Shown piece by piece: positions 28,685 through 38,450 of a stretch of 64,000 bases of DNA. The stretch comes from an uncultured Bacteroidales bacterium (lineage in GTDB: Bacteria; Bacteroidota; Bacteroidia; Bacteroidales; VadinHA17). The stretch lies in contig CAWBQN010000026.1 in NCBI GenBank assembly GCA_963791065.1, forward strand, positions 217 through 64,216, given 5' to 3'. The notes beneath the pieces were generated by a model, which saw nothing but the letters and a program-made list of their open reading frames with translations, had not been told where the DNA came from and did not search any database. Made by a program: the position numbers and the translations under genes. Within the stretch, counting starts at the first letter, position 1, and the number at the start of each line of letters is the position of its first letter.

Positions 28685-28857
28685 TCTCCCAATCTATGCA
28701 ATTTCTGATCATCTCTGATAGACTTGTAATAAAGATTTACTAAATAAATGTGTATAAAGGTAGGGGTAAAATGAAAGGGGGGGAAACTCATGACTGAAAC
28801 AAATACAATCTGTTACTTGATTTAGAAGCATTACAGGGCTGGAAGGTTTGCGGTTAC

Positions 28858-29562
28858 TTAAAATTTGATTTTATAATTAACCGATATAATGTTAATGTCA
28901 GACATATGAGGCTGATAATCCCTCTGAAAAATATACTCGATCTCAACTGAATGCCGCTTCGTAATTTTGAGTTCTGCCCCTGCAGAAAACCGGTTTTTGC
29001 CTGCTGTTCCGGAGTTCTCTGAAAACATAGGCAGGAAAGTTTCTGCATATACATAAGGATCAATAGGGAAAGTGGGAGTCTTATAGATGGCTTTTAATTT
29101 TATTATGCCGGTATAATCAGGGTAGTTATCGTTACTGTCCTTAATATAAGTCTTCATCCTGGTCTGAAATCTAAACCGGCTTGAAAAACTAAAATTCCCT
29201 GCCGGAAGGATTCCTTTTACATCAAAGAACAGCTTATGCTGGAAGAAGTAAGAATTGTTATCCTCCAGGTTCTTATTAAGCCGGTACGTCACGGCTATTG
29301 TAAGGTATTTCCTGATGCTGTATCCCACTCCGCCTTCGAGAAAAGCCTCTTCAATTTTAGCCGCGTTATTAAATGTCCGGATATCAGTGGAAAGATTGAC
29401 TTCCAGTTTTTTGGATAATTTATATTCTGCTGAAATCCCGTACCAGATCCCAAAATCTTTTTTCTGGGAAGAAGCAACCAGTGTTATAAAAAAGGAAAGC
29501 AGAATAACAAATAGCTTTCTAATCATCATCATCATCGTCTCTGCCATTTTTATAATTGTCAT
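28858..29562 (-). CDS. DUF2490-like outer-membrane beta-barrel protein
   Basis: Signal peptide (ASS|QK), DFGIWY, RFRFQTR, PYVYAETF, C-terminal Phe. Exact start among several Met codons is uncertain. Confidence 0.7.
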   Translation of the reverse strand: MTIIKMAETMMMMIRKLFVILLSFFITLVASSQKKDFGIWYGISAEYKLSKKLEVNLSTDIRTFNNAAKIEEAFLEGGVGYSIRKYLTIAVTYRLNKNLEDNNSYFFQHKLFFDVKGILPAGNFSFSSRFRFQTRMKTYIKDSNDNYPDYTGIIKLKAIYKTPTFPIDPYVYAETFLPMFSENSGTAGKNRFSAGAELKITKRHSVEIEYIFQRDYQPHMSDINIISVNYKIKF

Positions 29563-30227
29563 TCAGGCCGATAGTATTTACCATGAGGACCGCTAACGTC
29601 GTAAAAGATCTGAAGTGTACACGTATCTTTCAGGAAATCAATCTTACCTATCTCGACCCTTTTGATTGTCTTAATTCCAGTGCGATCCTGCAGATCATTC
29701 AGCAATTCCTGATTATTTTCCGGCTTGATCAGATCAATTTTTTCATAGATAATGATTTTTGATAATTCATGCTTCTGCAGCCATATTTTCTCCATACAAA
29801 AAGTGATGGCAATTATCACAAAGTTTGTAAATAGAACCTCCGCAACACTGGTCTTGGTGTCAGCAAGTGCGTTTATGATCGAGACGCCGATTATCAGAAA
29901 CAAGTAGGTCATCTCTTTAATGGGAATTGAACTTGTCCTGTAGCGGATAATGCCGAAGATTGCGAACAGACCTAATGCAAACCCTATCTGAAGCTTCACA
30001 CTAGCCAGAAGATAACATAAACTGAAGATAAGGCTGGAGATCAGAATATAGGTAAACAGATAATCTTTCCGTTTAGTTGTTGAATAGTACAACCACCTCA
30101 CCAGTATCAAGACTACGGCCATGTTCAGGGTAAAACGTCCAAGGAGTTCAAGAAAACTCGGGATATCTATAATTTCTATGCCTGCCAAATTTATCTTGTC
30201 AGGTTCGAGCAGATCTAGTGTATTCAT
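29559..30227 (-). CDS. DUF4956 family membrane protein
   Basis: IGFALGLFAIFGIIRYRTSSIPIKEMTYLF signature; adjacent to a VTC-domain gene. Confidence 0.85.
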   Translation of the reverse strand: MNTLDLLEPDKINLAGIEIIDIPSFLELLGRFTLNMAVVLILVRWLYYSTTKRKDYLFTYILISSLIFSLCYLLASVKLQIGFALGLFAIFGIIRYRTSSIPIKEMTYLFLIIGVSIINALADTKTSVAEVLFTNFVIIAITFCMEKIWLQKHELSKIIIYEKIDLIKPENNQELLNDLQDRTGIKTIKRVEIGKIDFLKDTCTLQIFYDVSGPHGKYYRPE

Positions 30228-30921
30228 TTTCAATCTTATTTATTAAAAGCAAATCAGGCTTTAATATGTTCTTCCGGGGCATATCCCTTATAAATGTGCT
30301 GCCGATGCAATATTTGCTGAAACTGCAAGGCTGAATGCCAGCTTCCCGCATGATCTTATATACTGGTGTCTGACAATTATGAATTTCTCTTTTTAATTCA
30401 GCAATTGCTAAAAAGGGTAATTGGGAATTATTGCCTTCAGGACTTGTGAAACTCAGGTTGTAATCAAGTGTGATCCGCTCCTTTGCCTCCAGTCCGACCA
30501 GTGTGATCCTGGTGAATTCATTGATCAGTACAGGCATTAGACCTGTTAAACTGAAATTTAGATATTCTCTTATAAATGCTGTTGCATTCCGGTCAGGTGA
30601 ATTGGGACTTAATTTGTTTTCAATGCGCCATTTAATGGTTCTGTGCTTGTTTGTCCTTTTTTTTATCTCAAGAAATGAAACGCCGGTCGATTCATACCAT
30701 CTGTATCTGATTTTGTACCTGTTAAGCTTGCCTCTTACCTGCTGGTTGTAAAATAAAAGCTCAGGGGTGTCAAGGTAAGTAGTATAATACGGAAAAGCCC
30801 TCAGTGTACCAATGTCAAGTACCTTATAGTTTTCTGATAAATGATTAAGTAAAACTGCCAGTTTCATAGTTGAAAATACATATTTTGTCTCAATCCTGTT
30901 CATTAAGGTAACCCCTTCCAT
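30199..30921 (-). CDS. VTC (polyphosphate polymerase-like, CYTH fold) domain protein; probable full start at 30982 via a frameshift
   Basis: LMNRIETKY, TTYLDT, RYKIRYRWY, FLEIKKR, ERITLD, IAELKR, FSKYCIG. Confidence 0.85.
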   Translation of the reverse strand: MEGVTLMNRIETKYVFSTMKLAVLLNHLSENYKVLDIGTLRAFPYYTTYLDTPELLFYNQQVRGKLNRYKIRYRWYESTGVSFLEIKKRTNKHRTIKWRIENKLSPNSPDRNATAFIREYLNFSLTGLMPVLINEFTRITLVGLEAKERITLDYNLSFTSPEGNNSQLPFLAIAELKREIHNCQTPVYKIMREAGIQPCSFSKYCIGSTFIRDMPRKNILKPDLLLINKIENEYTRSART

Positions 30922-30985
30922 TTCACTTAAGCCTATCGGACTTAAAAGAGCTCAAAACCGTTTGAATCTCAGAAGTGTACATAAT

Positions 30986-31393
30986 TCAGAATGTTGTATA
31001 TACATAAGTCTTTTTAGACTTTATCTTCTTGTTTGGATCATAAACTGTTTTTTCAGTCCTTAATCCGTTTTCATATTTGTACTCAGATGATTCCTTCAGT
31101 CTGCCGGAAGCATCAAATTCCTGTTCTTTAATCTTGTTATTATCTGAATCATACTCGTATTTGAAATGCTTATTCACTTTACCCTGCTTATAGGTAATAT
31201 TTTCAGTGATATTGCCTTTTCTATCATAGTATGTTTCAGATTCCTTATATTGTTTATTGACAAGCATATCATATTTCTCTTCTGAAACTACCAGGCTTTT
31301 AATATTGCCGGTTGAATTGGCTTTCTGACCCTCTGCTGACAAGGTACCACCTAATATCAGGATAATTAATACTGTTGTCTTAAGTGTTTTCAT
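30986..31393 (-). CDS. Small secreted protein with YD-like repeats
   Basis: Signal AEG|QK; YYDRKGN, YEYDSDNN, FDASGRL, YKYENGL, YDPNKK. Confidence 0.65.
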   Translation of the reverse strand: MKTLKTTVLIILILGGTLSAEGQKANSTGNIKSLVVSEEKYDMLVNKQYKESETYYDRKGNITENITYKQGKVNKHFKYEYDSDNNKIKEQEFDASGRLKESSEYKYENGLRTEKTVYDPNKKIKSKKTYVYTTF

Positions 31394-31649
31394 TTTGTAA
31401 AATTAATTGGTGATTAAAAGCATATAGATCGGGTAAAAAGGTTAAAAGTCGTGTTTCCAAATGTACATTTACTTCAAGTCAGTAAAAAATATTTTTAGCG
31501 AATAATTGAACCGGTTCACAGTTATGACCTTTTATATGTTAAAAACCCTCATTTACTGAATATTATTTTGTTAATCAGGTGATAAGGGATTTTATCCTGA
31601 ATCCTTCATCCGGCATGTAATCATCGTTTGTGAGAAAAAAAATATAAAA

Positions 31650-31691
31650 CTGACCATTTGAACAACAAAGTCAGACCGATTGTTATCTTTG
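31650..31691 (+). promoter_or_regulatory. Promoter (-7 TATCTTTG) and possible TetR operator
   Basis: TATCTTTG at 31684-31691. An imperfect inverted repeat CTGAC...GTCAG (31650-31674) lies just upstream. Confidence 0.45.
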
Positions 31692-31706
31692 CATCTTTTT
31701 ATTGAA

Positions 31707-32330
31707 ATGAATAGTACAGGAACAGGTTCTGCAAGGAACGAGAAAGTGCAAATGATAATCGAAGCCTCACAAAGGCGGTTTGGATTATATGGAATTGAGA
31801 AGACCTCGATGCGCGAAATAGCCGATGATCTCAAATTATCGAAAGCATCATTATATTACTATTTTCCCGACAAAGAAAGTCTGTATAAAGCTGTTGTTGA
31901 GAAAGAGCAGGCTGAGTTTATAGCTAAGATATCCGAAAGGATTTTCAGTATAAAGCAACCGGAACAATTGCTCCTGGAATATGCCAATACACGTCTCTCG
32001 TATTTTCGTTCTCTCCTGAATCTGAGCAGACTTAGGTTAGATACCTATTCAGGTCTTAAGCCCGGGTTTCTTGCCGCCAGCCAGATCTTCAAGGAAAAAG
32101 AAAAAGAGATAATAAAAAAGATTTTTAAAAAAGGGATAGCCAGCGGCATTTTCTTTATAAAAGATACCGATCAGATGGCTACCCTGTATCTCGACCTGCT
32201 AAGGGGATTAAGGATTACGCTGATCAATGAAAAGGAGACCCTTTTCATAGAACAGCCAGAATACGATCTGCTCCTTGAAAAAACCATTTCTTTTACGAAT
32301 TTTTTCATAAAAGGGCTAAAGTGTAAATAA
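31707..32330 (+). CDS. TetR/AcrR family transcriptional regulator
   Basis: HTH: GIEKTSMREIADDLKLSKASLYYYFPDKESLY. Likely start ATG 31707. Confidence 0.93.
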   Translation: MNSTGTGSARNEKVQMIIEASQRRFGLYGIEKTSMREIADDLKLSKASLYYYFPDKESLYKAVVEKEQAEFIAKISERIFSIKQPEQLLLEYANTRLSYFRSLLNLSRLRLDTYSGLKPGFLAASQIFKEKEKEIIKKIFKKGIASGIFFIKDTDQMATLYLDLLRGLRITLINEKETLFIEQPEYDLLLEKTISFTNFFIKGLKCK

Positions 32331-32377
32331 CTATATACATCATTAATTAACGATATAATTAAATTCAGAACTTTTGT

Positions 32378-33385
32378 ATGAAAGAAGAAACAAAGAAAAA
32401 CCGCCTCAGGATCTACATTCCGCTTGCTATAGTTATTCTGATTGTTTTGGCAGGCGCATGGTACTGGTATAGAGATTATTCCATGTATATTACCACTGAT
32501 GATGCACATGTTGATGCTGACAACATCAGTGTCGGATCAAAGATATTAGGAAGAATATCCTCGGTTTATGCTAAAGAAGGGGATCTTGTTAAGCAGGGGG
32601 TTCTCCTTGCTGACCTTGACAGTACGGATTTATTTGCCCAGAGAACGCAGACCTCAGCGCTAATGGCACAGTCGCAGGCTAACCTTGTACAATCAGAAGT
32701 TAAATTCAGTTCTGATCAGAAGAGTATCAGAGTGCTCGAGATAAATCTGGAAAGAGCCAATGAAGATATGAACAGGGCAAAAAATCAATCTGAGGGAGGC
32801 GTAATAACTGCTGAACAATTTGACCATATAAAGAAAGCTTATGAGACAGCTTCGGCCCAGCTGGATGCGGCCAAAGCTCAACTACTCGTATCGAAATCAA
32901 TGATCTCAAGCGCATCTGCATCAGTCGAGACTGCAAAGGCGCAGGTAAAGGTACTTGATACACAGCTTAAGAATACGAGGCTCTACGCGCCAGCCGACGG
33001 GATCGTAGCAAAAAGGTGGTTACTTCCCGGCGATGTTGTTCAGCCGGGTCAGTCAGTTTTTACTCTTACCCTGAGTAGAAATCTATGGGTCGTAGCTTAT
33101 ATTGAAGAGACAAATATTTCAGAAATTCATCCGGGACAAAATGTGAAGTTTACTATTGATGCCTTTCCCGATGTACAATTCAGTGGTAAAGTATTTCTGC
33201 TAGGTTCCAGTACGGCATCAGTTTTCTCATTGATCCCGGCAAATAATGCTGCAGGCAATTTTACAAAAGTGACGCAACGGATACCTGTCAGGATATCTAT
33301 TGATAGCGCAGATAATAATAAGGAAATATCCTCATTCAACATTTTATCAGGAATGTCAGTTGTTGTAAAGATCATTAAAAAATAA
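32378..33385 (+). CDS. EmrA/HlyD-family efflux adaptor
   Basis: TTDDAHVD, LYAPADGIVAKR, FSLIPANNAAGNFTKVTQRIPVRI. Confidence 0.93.
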   Translation: MKEETKKNRLRIYIPLAIVILIVLAGAWYWYRDYSMYITTDDAHVDADNISVGSKILGRISSVYAKEGDLVKQGVLLADLDSTDLFAQRTQTSALMAQSQANLVQSEVKFSSDQKSIRVLEINLERANEDMNRAKNQSEGGVITAEQFDHIKKAYETASAQLDAAKAQLLVSKSMISSASASVETAKAQVKVLDTQLKNTRLYAPADGIVAKRWLLPGDVVQPGQSVFTLTLSRNLWVVAYIEETNISEIHPGQNVKFTIDAFPDVQFSGKVFLLGSSTASVFSLIPANNAAGNFTKVTQRIPVRISIDSADNNKEISSFNILSGMSVVVKIIKK

Positions 33386-33386
33386 G

Positions 33387-35009
33387 ATGGAAAGAAGAAG
33401 AACACCATCTCACCGTATCAGGTACTTTGTCAGGAACAGTAATTCATCGTTTCATCCCAAACATTTGTCATACAAATGGTTCCTGCTTGCAAATGTTATG
33501 CTTGGAACCTTTATGGCAGTTCTTGACGCTACTATTGTAAATGTAGGGCTGCCAAAAATCATGGCATCATTCGGAGTAGGGCTTGATAAAATTGAATGGG
33601 TCGTTACAGCATATATGCTTGCGATGGCGGTCGCCCTTCCTACTTCCGGCTGGCTCGCTGATAAATTTGGTTACAAGCGTCTGTACTTCATCGGATTATT
33701 CCTTTTCACGTTAGGATCAATGTTATGCGGAAGGTCATCGGATGAAAACATGCTTATCGCTTCAAGAGTCATTCAGGGTTTTGGAGCCGGGACAATACAA
33801 CCGCTCGGCATGGCGATTATTTCAAGGGAATTTCCTCCTCATCAGAGGGGAATAGCTCTTGGATTCTGGGGTATTTCTGCTGCCGCATCAGTCTCATTCG
33901 GACCGATAATCGGAGGTTTTCTGATAGACCGTTTCAGCTGGCCTCTGATTTTTGATGTGAATATACCGATAGGGATCTTAGCCATGTTGTTTACAATTAT
34001 CATCCAAAGTGAGTATATAAACAGAAGTGTAAGAAAATTTGATCTTATCGGATTCATTTCCGTTACTATATTTCTGCCTCTTACGCTCTACGTTCTTTCC
34101 CAGGGCAATGCAGCTACCAATTCTCAAGGATGGCATGCCCCTTTTATACTGGCTTTCGGAGCTATTGCCTTAATTGCGTTTGCTGTTTTTATAACTGCAG
34201 AATTAACTGTAAAGGAACCGCTTCTCGATCTGAGGCTCTTAAATAATCATAATTTCGGTATAGCTAATATTATCCTGTTAATATTCAGTCTCGGTATGTT
34301 TGGAAGTACATTCCTTTTACCAATTTATCTTCAGAATTCTTTGGGCTATACAGCTCTGCAGGCAGGTTCAGTTTTTTTGCCTGTAGGTATAATACAGGGA
34401 ACAATTGCACCCATCTCCGGCAGGATATCGGATAAGCTGAATCCAAAGCTTCCGTTGTTTATAGGTGTGGTACTTTTTGCCTTTAGCTTCTGGCTCAACT
34501 CAAAATTGTCATGGCTTACCGAGCTGAATTTCATTATGTTATCATTATATCTGAGGGGAGTGGCTATGGGCCTGATGTTCACTGCTCTGACAACTGTCTC
34601 TCTGTCTGAGATACCTCGTGAAAAGATGGCTCAGGCATCAGCTATAACCAACTCAATCAGGCAACTTGGCGGAAGTCTGGGCGTGGCCCTTCTTGCCACC
34701 TTGTTGACTACCAGGGTCAATTTTCATGCACAGGTTTTTGGCGGTGCAGTAAAACCCGGTTCTGAGATCTATAAACAGACGACAGCTAAAATAAAATATT
34801 ACTTACAGGATGAAGCTGGCAGTTCGCCAGTCAGTTCTACGATGCAAAGTCAGGCTTTGCTTTTTTCAAATCTTAGCAAACAAGCTTATATACAAGGTAT
34901 TGACGACGATTTTCTTCTTGCAGGCATTATAACCCTTATAGGAGGTATCCCGATAATATTCCTGCATACTAAAAAATTAAAAAATAAAAATCTTCCTGCA
35001 CATGAATAG
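33387..35009 (+). CDS. DHA2 (EmrB/QacA) MFS efflux permease
   Basis: FMAVLDATIVNVGLP, GWLADKFGYKR, RVIQGFGAG, EPLLDLRLL, RQLGGSLGVA. Confidence 0.93.
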   Translation: MERRRTPSHRIRYFVRNSNSSFHPKHLSYKWFLLANVMLGTFMAVLDATIVNVGLPKIMASFGVGLDKIEWVVTAYMLAMAVALPTSGWLADKFGYKRLYFIGLFLFTLGSMLCGRSSDENMLIASRVIQGFGAGTIQPLGMAIISREFPPHQRGIALGFWGISAAASVSFGPIIGGFLIDRFSWPLIFDVNIPIGILAMLFTIIIQSEYINRSVRKFDLIGFISVTIFLPLTLYVLSQGNAATNSQGWHAPFILAFGAIALIAFAVFITAELTVKEPLLDLRLLNNHNFGIANIILLIFSLGMFGSTFLLPIYLQNSLGYTALQAGSVFLPVGIIQGTIAPISGRISDKLNPKLPLFIGVVLFAFSFWLNSKLSWLTELNFIMLSLYLRGVAMGLMFTALTTVSLSEIPREKMAQASAITNSIRQLGGSLGVALLATLLTTRVNFHAQVFGGAVKPGSEIYKQTTAKIKYYLQDEAGSSPVSSTMQSQALLFSNLSKQAYIQGIDDDFLLAGIITLIGGIPIIFLHTKKLKNKNLPAHE

Positions 35010-36342
35010 TCAAACAAGCAAAAAATCAATTTTTCTCATCTTCTCACTGGTAATAATTTTTAACAGCACCTTTTTTGGACAGAATGCGACTGATAAAGAC
35101 AAACCCTCCGGTGATTCCTTATCGCTTAAGAGTGTCATTCAACAGGTTATATCATCTTATCCTACGGTCAGGGTTGCGGAAGAGTCTATAAGGAATGCGG
35201 ATTCTAAAATTGCATTAGCGAAAACAGGCTATAATCCTGTTGTGGATTTGGAAGCCAGCTTTGCTGACCTTGCGCCGGTTACAAAGCTTTCTTTTCCCGA
35301 CCTTGGAACTTTTCAACTTTACCCCCAGTACAACTATTCCGCTTCACTTAATGTGAATCAGCTTGTATATGATTTTGGCAGAACCCGCCAGAATGTGGCG
35401 CTTGAAAATGAAAACAAAGCAATTGGCGAACAGAGCCTTGAGCAGGTTAAACAGAAGTTGTCTCTTTATACCGTAAATAATTTTTATGCTCTGCTTTTTC
35501 TACAGGCTGCTATAAAAATTAAGGATGAACAGCTTGCAACACTCAATGAGCATCTTCAGTACGTTGAAAAAGTACTGGCTACAGGTTCCGCTACAGAGTA
35601 CCAGGTTCTTTCTACAAAAGTCAGGATTTCAACTGTTGAGAGTCAGAAAGTTGACCTGGAGGCTTCCCTGAAGTCGCAACAGGCAACTCTTAACTCGTTG
35701 CTAGGTAAAGATCAGGTGAATATTCCTGTTGTAAGAAACGAAGTCGATATTGAGCCTCCTGTAATTCCTTCCGATTCAGTCCTCTCCTATGCATTTCATA
35801 ATCGTGACGAGGTAAAAATAAATCAAAAGAGAACATCGCTTGCCGAGCTGAAATTTGGAATGACAAAGTTGCAGAATAAACCGTTTTTAAACCTTGAAGC
35901 ATCTGGTGGAGCCAAAAACGGATATATCCCTGACCTGGCTAAATTTACTCCGAACTATGTAGTAGGAATTGGACTCAAAGTTCCAATATTTGACGGGATG
36001 AAAAAAGAGTACAACCTTGCCCAGGCTCAATCAGCAATAACTTCGTTATCATTTGAATCGGATCTTACAAAAAGAAACATATCAAACGAGGTTTATGAAT
36101 CAGAGGCATTAATGTTCGCAGCGCAAAAGAAAGTCAGCCAGTCAGAGCTTCAATTGAAGCAGGCTTTGAAGGCGTATTCTCTGGCTGAGACCAGCTTTAA
36201 ATCAGGAATGATAACAAACCTCGATCTGCTGGATGCAAATACTTCCGTGTCGGAAAGCAGCTTAATGCTTCTTAAAGCAAGAATAGACTATGCTGCAAGC
36301 ATTTATAAACTCAAAGCAGCGCTTGGTCAAAGGATTTATTAG
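35002..36342 (+). CDS. TolC-family outer-membrane efflux protein
   Basis: Signal peptide, two OEP repeats (QLVYDFG; LKVPIFDG; FKSGMITNLDLLDA), operon context. Confidence 0.9.
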   Translation: MNSQTSKKSIFLIFSLVIIFNSTFFGQNATDKDKPSGDSLSLKSVIQQVISSYPTVRVAEESIRNADSKIALAKTGYNPVVDLEASFADLAPVTKLSFPDLGTFQLYPQYNYSASLNVNQLVYDFGRTRQNVALENENKAIGEQSLEQVKQKLSLYTVNNFYALLFLQAAIKIKDEQLATLNEHLQYVEKVLATGSATEYQVLSTKVRISTVESQKVDLEASLKSQQATLNSLLGKDQVNIPVVRNEVDIEPPVIPSDSVLSYAFHNRDEVKINQKRTSLAELKFGMTKLQNKPFLNLEASGGAKNGYIPDLAKFTPNYVVGIGLKVPIFDGMKKEYNLAQAQSAITSLSFESDLTKRNISNEVYESEALMFAAQKKVSQSELQLKQALKAYSLAETSFKSGMITNLDLLDANTSVSESSLMLLKARIDYAASIYKLKAALGQRIY

Positions 36343-36347
36343 TCCGA

Positions 36348-36860
36348 TTATTTAGTATCATTTGATCGGCCGAAGCTTGGAGCCTGCCATTTAAAAGGCC
36401 CTTTGCCATTAGGAACTCTTGAATACGATAATTCTAATGTTTGCCCCGGATATATAATTTTATCCGTGTTTGTACCATCGGGCCTGGTCAGTAAAACTTC
36501 TTCACCGAGGGATGAAAGCTTAAAGTTTGCATGCAATCCGGTCTGGGTAGTGTCTTTATCAGCCCATACAATAACATATCCATTTGCTCCGATAGATGTA
36601 CCCTGAGGTATTTTCCATTTCAGAAGATCCTTCTTACTGTCTGATAGAAAATAACCCGACAGATCAATGTCAACATTGGCAAGGTTGTATAATTCGATCC
36701 AGTCATCATATTCCCCATCCTGATCAGTAACCGTTGTTATGTTTACCGGCATCAGCTCGTTGATTACTATATTTCCTGGTACCGTTTCATAAGTTTTTTT
36801 ACATGAGTACAATACAATAAGGATCAGAAGGATATAGTAGTATACTATTTTTTTCAACAT
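36348..36860 (-). CDS. Lamin-tail domain lipoprotein
   Basis: Lipobox VLYS|C; IVINELMP, DDWIELYN, DLSGYFLSD, HANFKLS, SYSRVPNG. Confidence 0.82.
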   Translation of the reverse strand: MLKKIVYYYILLILIVLYSCKKTYETVPGNIVINELMPVNITTVTDQDGEYDDWIELYNLANVDIDLSGYFLSDSKKDLLKWKIPQGTSIGANGYVIVWADKDTTQTGLHANFKLSSLGEEVLLTRPDGTNTDKIIYPGQTLELSYSRVPNGKGPFKWQAPSFGRSNDTK

Positions 36861-36882
36861 GATCTATTTGCTAATTTTAAAG

Positions 36883-38235
36883 TCAGATTTTGCATCTGGT
36901 GAGTCCAAGGTTCAGGGAAGACTTTGAACCTGAAACAACCAGGGCTGCTCCAAGTGCTGATCCATTTGCAATTTCAGATGTATATACAAATTTCGAGGGG
37001 AACGCTTTTGTAATCAGATTCAGGAAGAGCGCATTACCTGAAAAACCGCCGGTTATGTAAATGTTTTCAGTATCATCATTTGCAGGGAGAACAAGATTGA
37101 TTGCTTCTAATAACAGATCGCCTAATTCATTCATTAACTGATGATAAGCTTCCTCAAAAGTATTGAACTCATAAAGGTCTATATATTCCTTCAGCTCGCG
37201 GGAATAGGGACCGGTCTGAAAGAAAATTTTTTTACCTCCGTATTTCAGCTTTAATGAAGAGGACAACTGATCGTCGGCTTTGATTTTTTTATAGTAATCG
37301 TCTGGCTTTCTGAAATGATCACATACGTGTTTTAGTGCAGTTTCGTGCATATGCCCGATAAACAGCCTTGAAGATTTTACAGGTTGCCTGGTTATGCTCA
37401 TATAACAGAGGCAATCTTTATCAAGCTGATCTGCCGTTAATTTCTCCTTATTAAAAGGATTCATATTGATGCACCATGTTCCGGTGGATATCAGGAAAAA
37501 CATACCCTGGCTGCCGGCGAAATATGGAGCAAGAGAGGCAGAACTATCGTGAATTCCTATTCCAATCTGAATTTTTTTTCCGTCGATTTCCACTTCATTC
37601 AAAGTATCAACAGGCACAGGATCAGGCAGGTTCAATCCATAGTATTTGGTCCAGGGATGATAATTCATATTATCAAAATCCCACAAAGCAGTATGACATC
37701 CGATGGAAGTGTGTTCGGAATATATCTTTCCTGTTACCAGGTATGAGAGATATTGTGGAAAATGAAGGATATGCTTTATTTTAGAATAGACGTCCGGCCG
37801 TGTTGACTTAAGCCACAGGGGCTGGATCCCGGAGTTAAGCATACCTAGGGCTGGCGAAGCTGTCCGCCTGCAGAACTCATCTCGTCCGCCGTTTCTCTTG
37901 TACAGACTTTCAGAGATCTTATCTTCTACAGGTTTGAGATAATTATAAAGTGGAGTAAGTCTTTTGCCATTCTCATCGAGATAAACCAGTGTAGCTCCGT
38001 AAGTTGTAAAGTTAACAGCCTTAAGGTCATACACGTTTGAATGAACCAGGCTGGTCAGCGAATCCTTAATCCAACTCTCAATATGTTCAATATCATCACA
38101 TTCAAAGCCATCATCATCCAGAATTTCAGCAAAATGCTCCTCAATTTCTGAGACAATCTTAAAGTCTTCATTAAAAAGAATTATCTTTTTATTAGTTTTT
38201 CCAATATCATAAATTGCAATAACCGTCTCTTTCAT
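36883..38235 (-). CDS. FGGY-family sugar kinase (probable rhamnulokinase)
   Basis: Start MKETVIAIYDIGKTNKK at 38235 (the track's extension lies in a repeat); LNSGIQ, TSIGCHTALWD, GIHDSSASL, STGTW; located in the rha cluster. Confidence 0.8.
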   Translation of the reverse strand: MKETVIAIYDIGKTNKKIILFNEDFKIVSEIEEHFAEILDDDGFECDDIEHIESWIKDSLTSLVHSNVYDLKAVNFTTYGATLVYLDENGKRLTPLYNYLKPVEDKISESLYKRNGGRDEFCRRTASPALGMLNSGIQPLWLKSTRPDVYSKIKHILHFPQYLSYLVTGKIYSEHTSIGCHTALWDFDNMNYHPWTKYYGLNLPDPVPVDTLNEVEIDGKKIQIGIGIHDSSASLAPYFAGSQGMFFLISTGTWCINMNPFNKEKLTADQLDKDCLCYMSITRQPVKSSRLFIGHMHETALKHVCDHFRKPDDYYKKIKADDQLSSSLKLKYGGKKIFFQTGPYSRELKEYIDLYEFNTFEEAYHQLMNELGDLLLEAINLVLPANDDTENIYITGGFSGNALFLNLITKAFPSKFVYTSEIANGSALGAALVVSGSKSSLNLGLTRCKI

Positions 38236-38272
38236 TTTACCCCCCAATCGGGGATGTTGAAATATTTCCAAT

Positions 38273-38384
38273 TTAACCGCAAAGGTCGCAAAGATTTTAC
38301 GCAAAGGACGCAAAGAACTGATTTATAATATCTTGACTTTGCGCACTTTGCGCATCCTTAGCGTGCTTTGCAGTTAATGGATTT
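38273..38384. repeat. CGCAAAG-unit hairpin element, copy 1
   Basis: TTAACCGCAAAG (GTCGCAAAG...) spacer (CTTTGCG)n GCAGTTAATGGATTT. Confidence 0.8.
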
Positions 38385-38450
38385 TGACATTTCAACACCC
38401 CACTTTAGAAAATTCTTATCAATATACTTATTTTACTTTGTCTGAATTAA

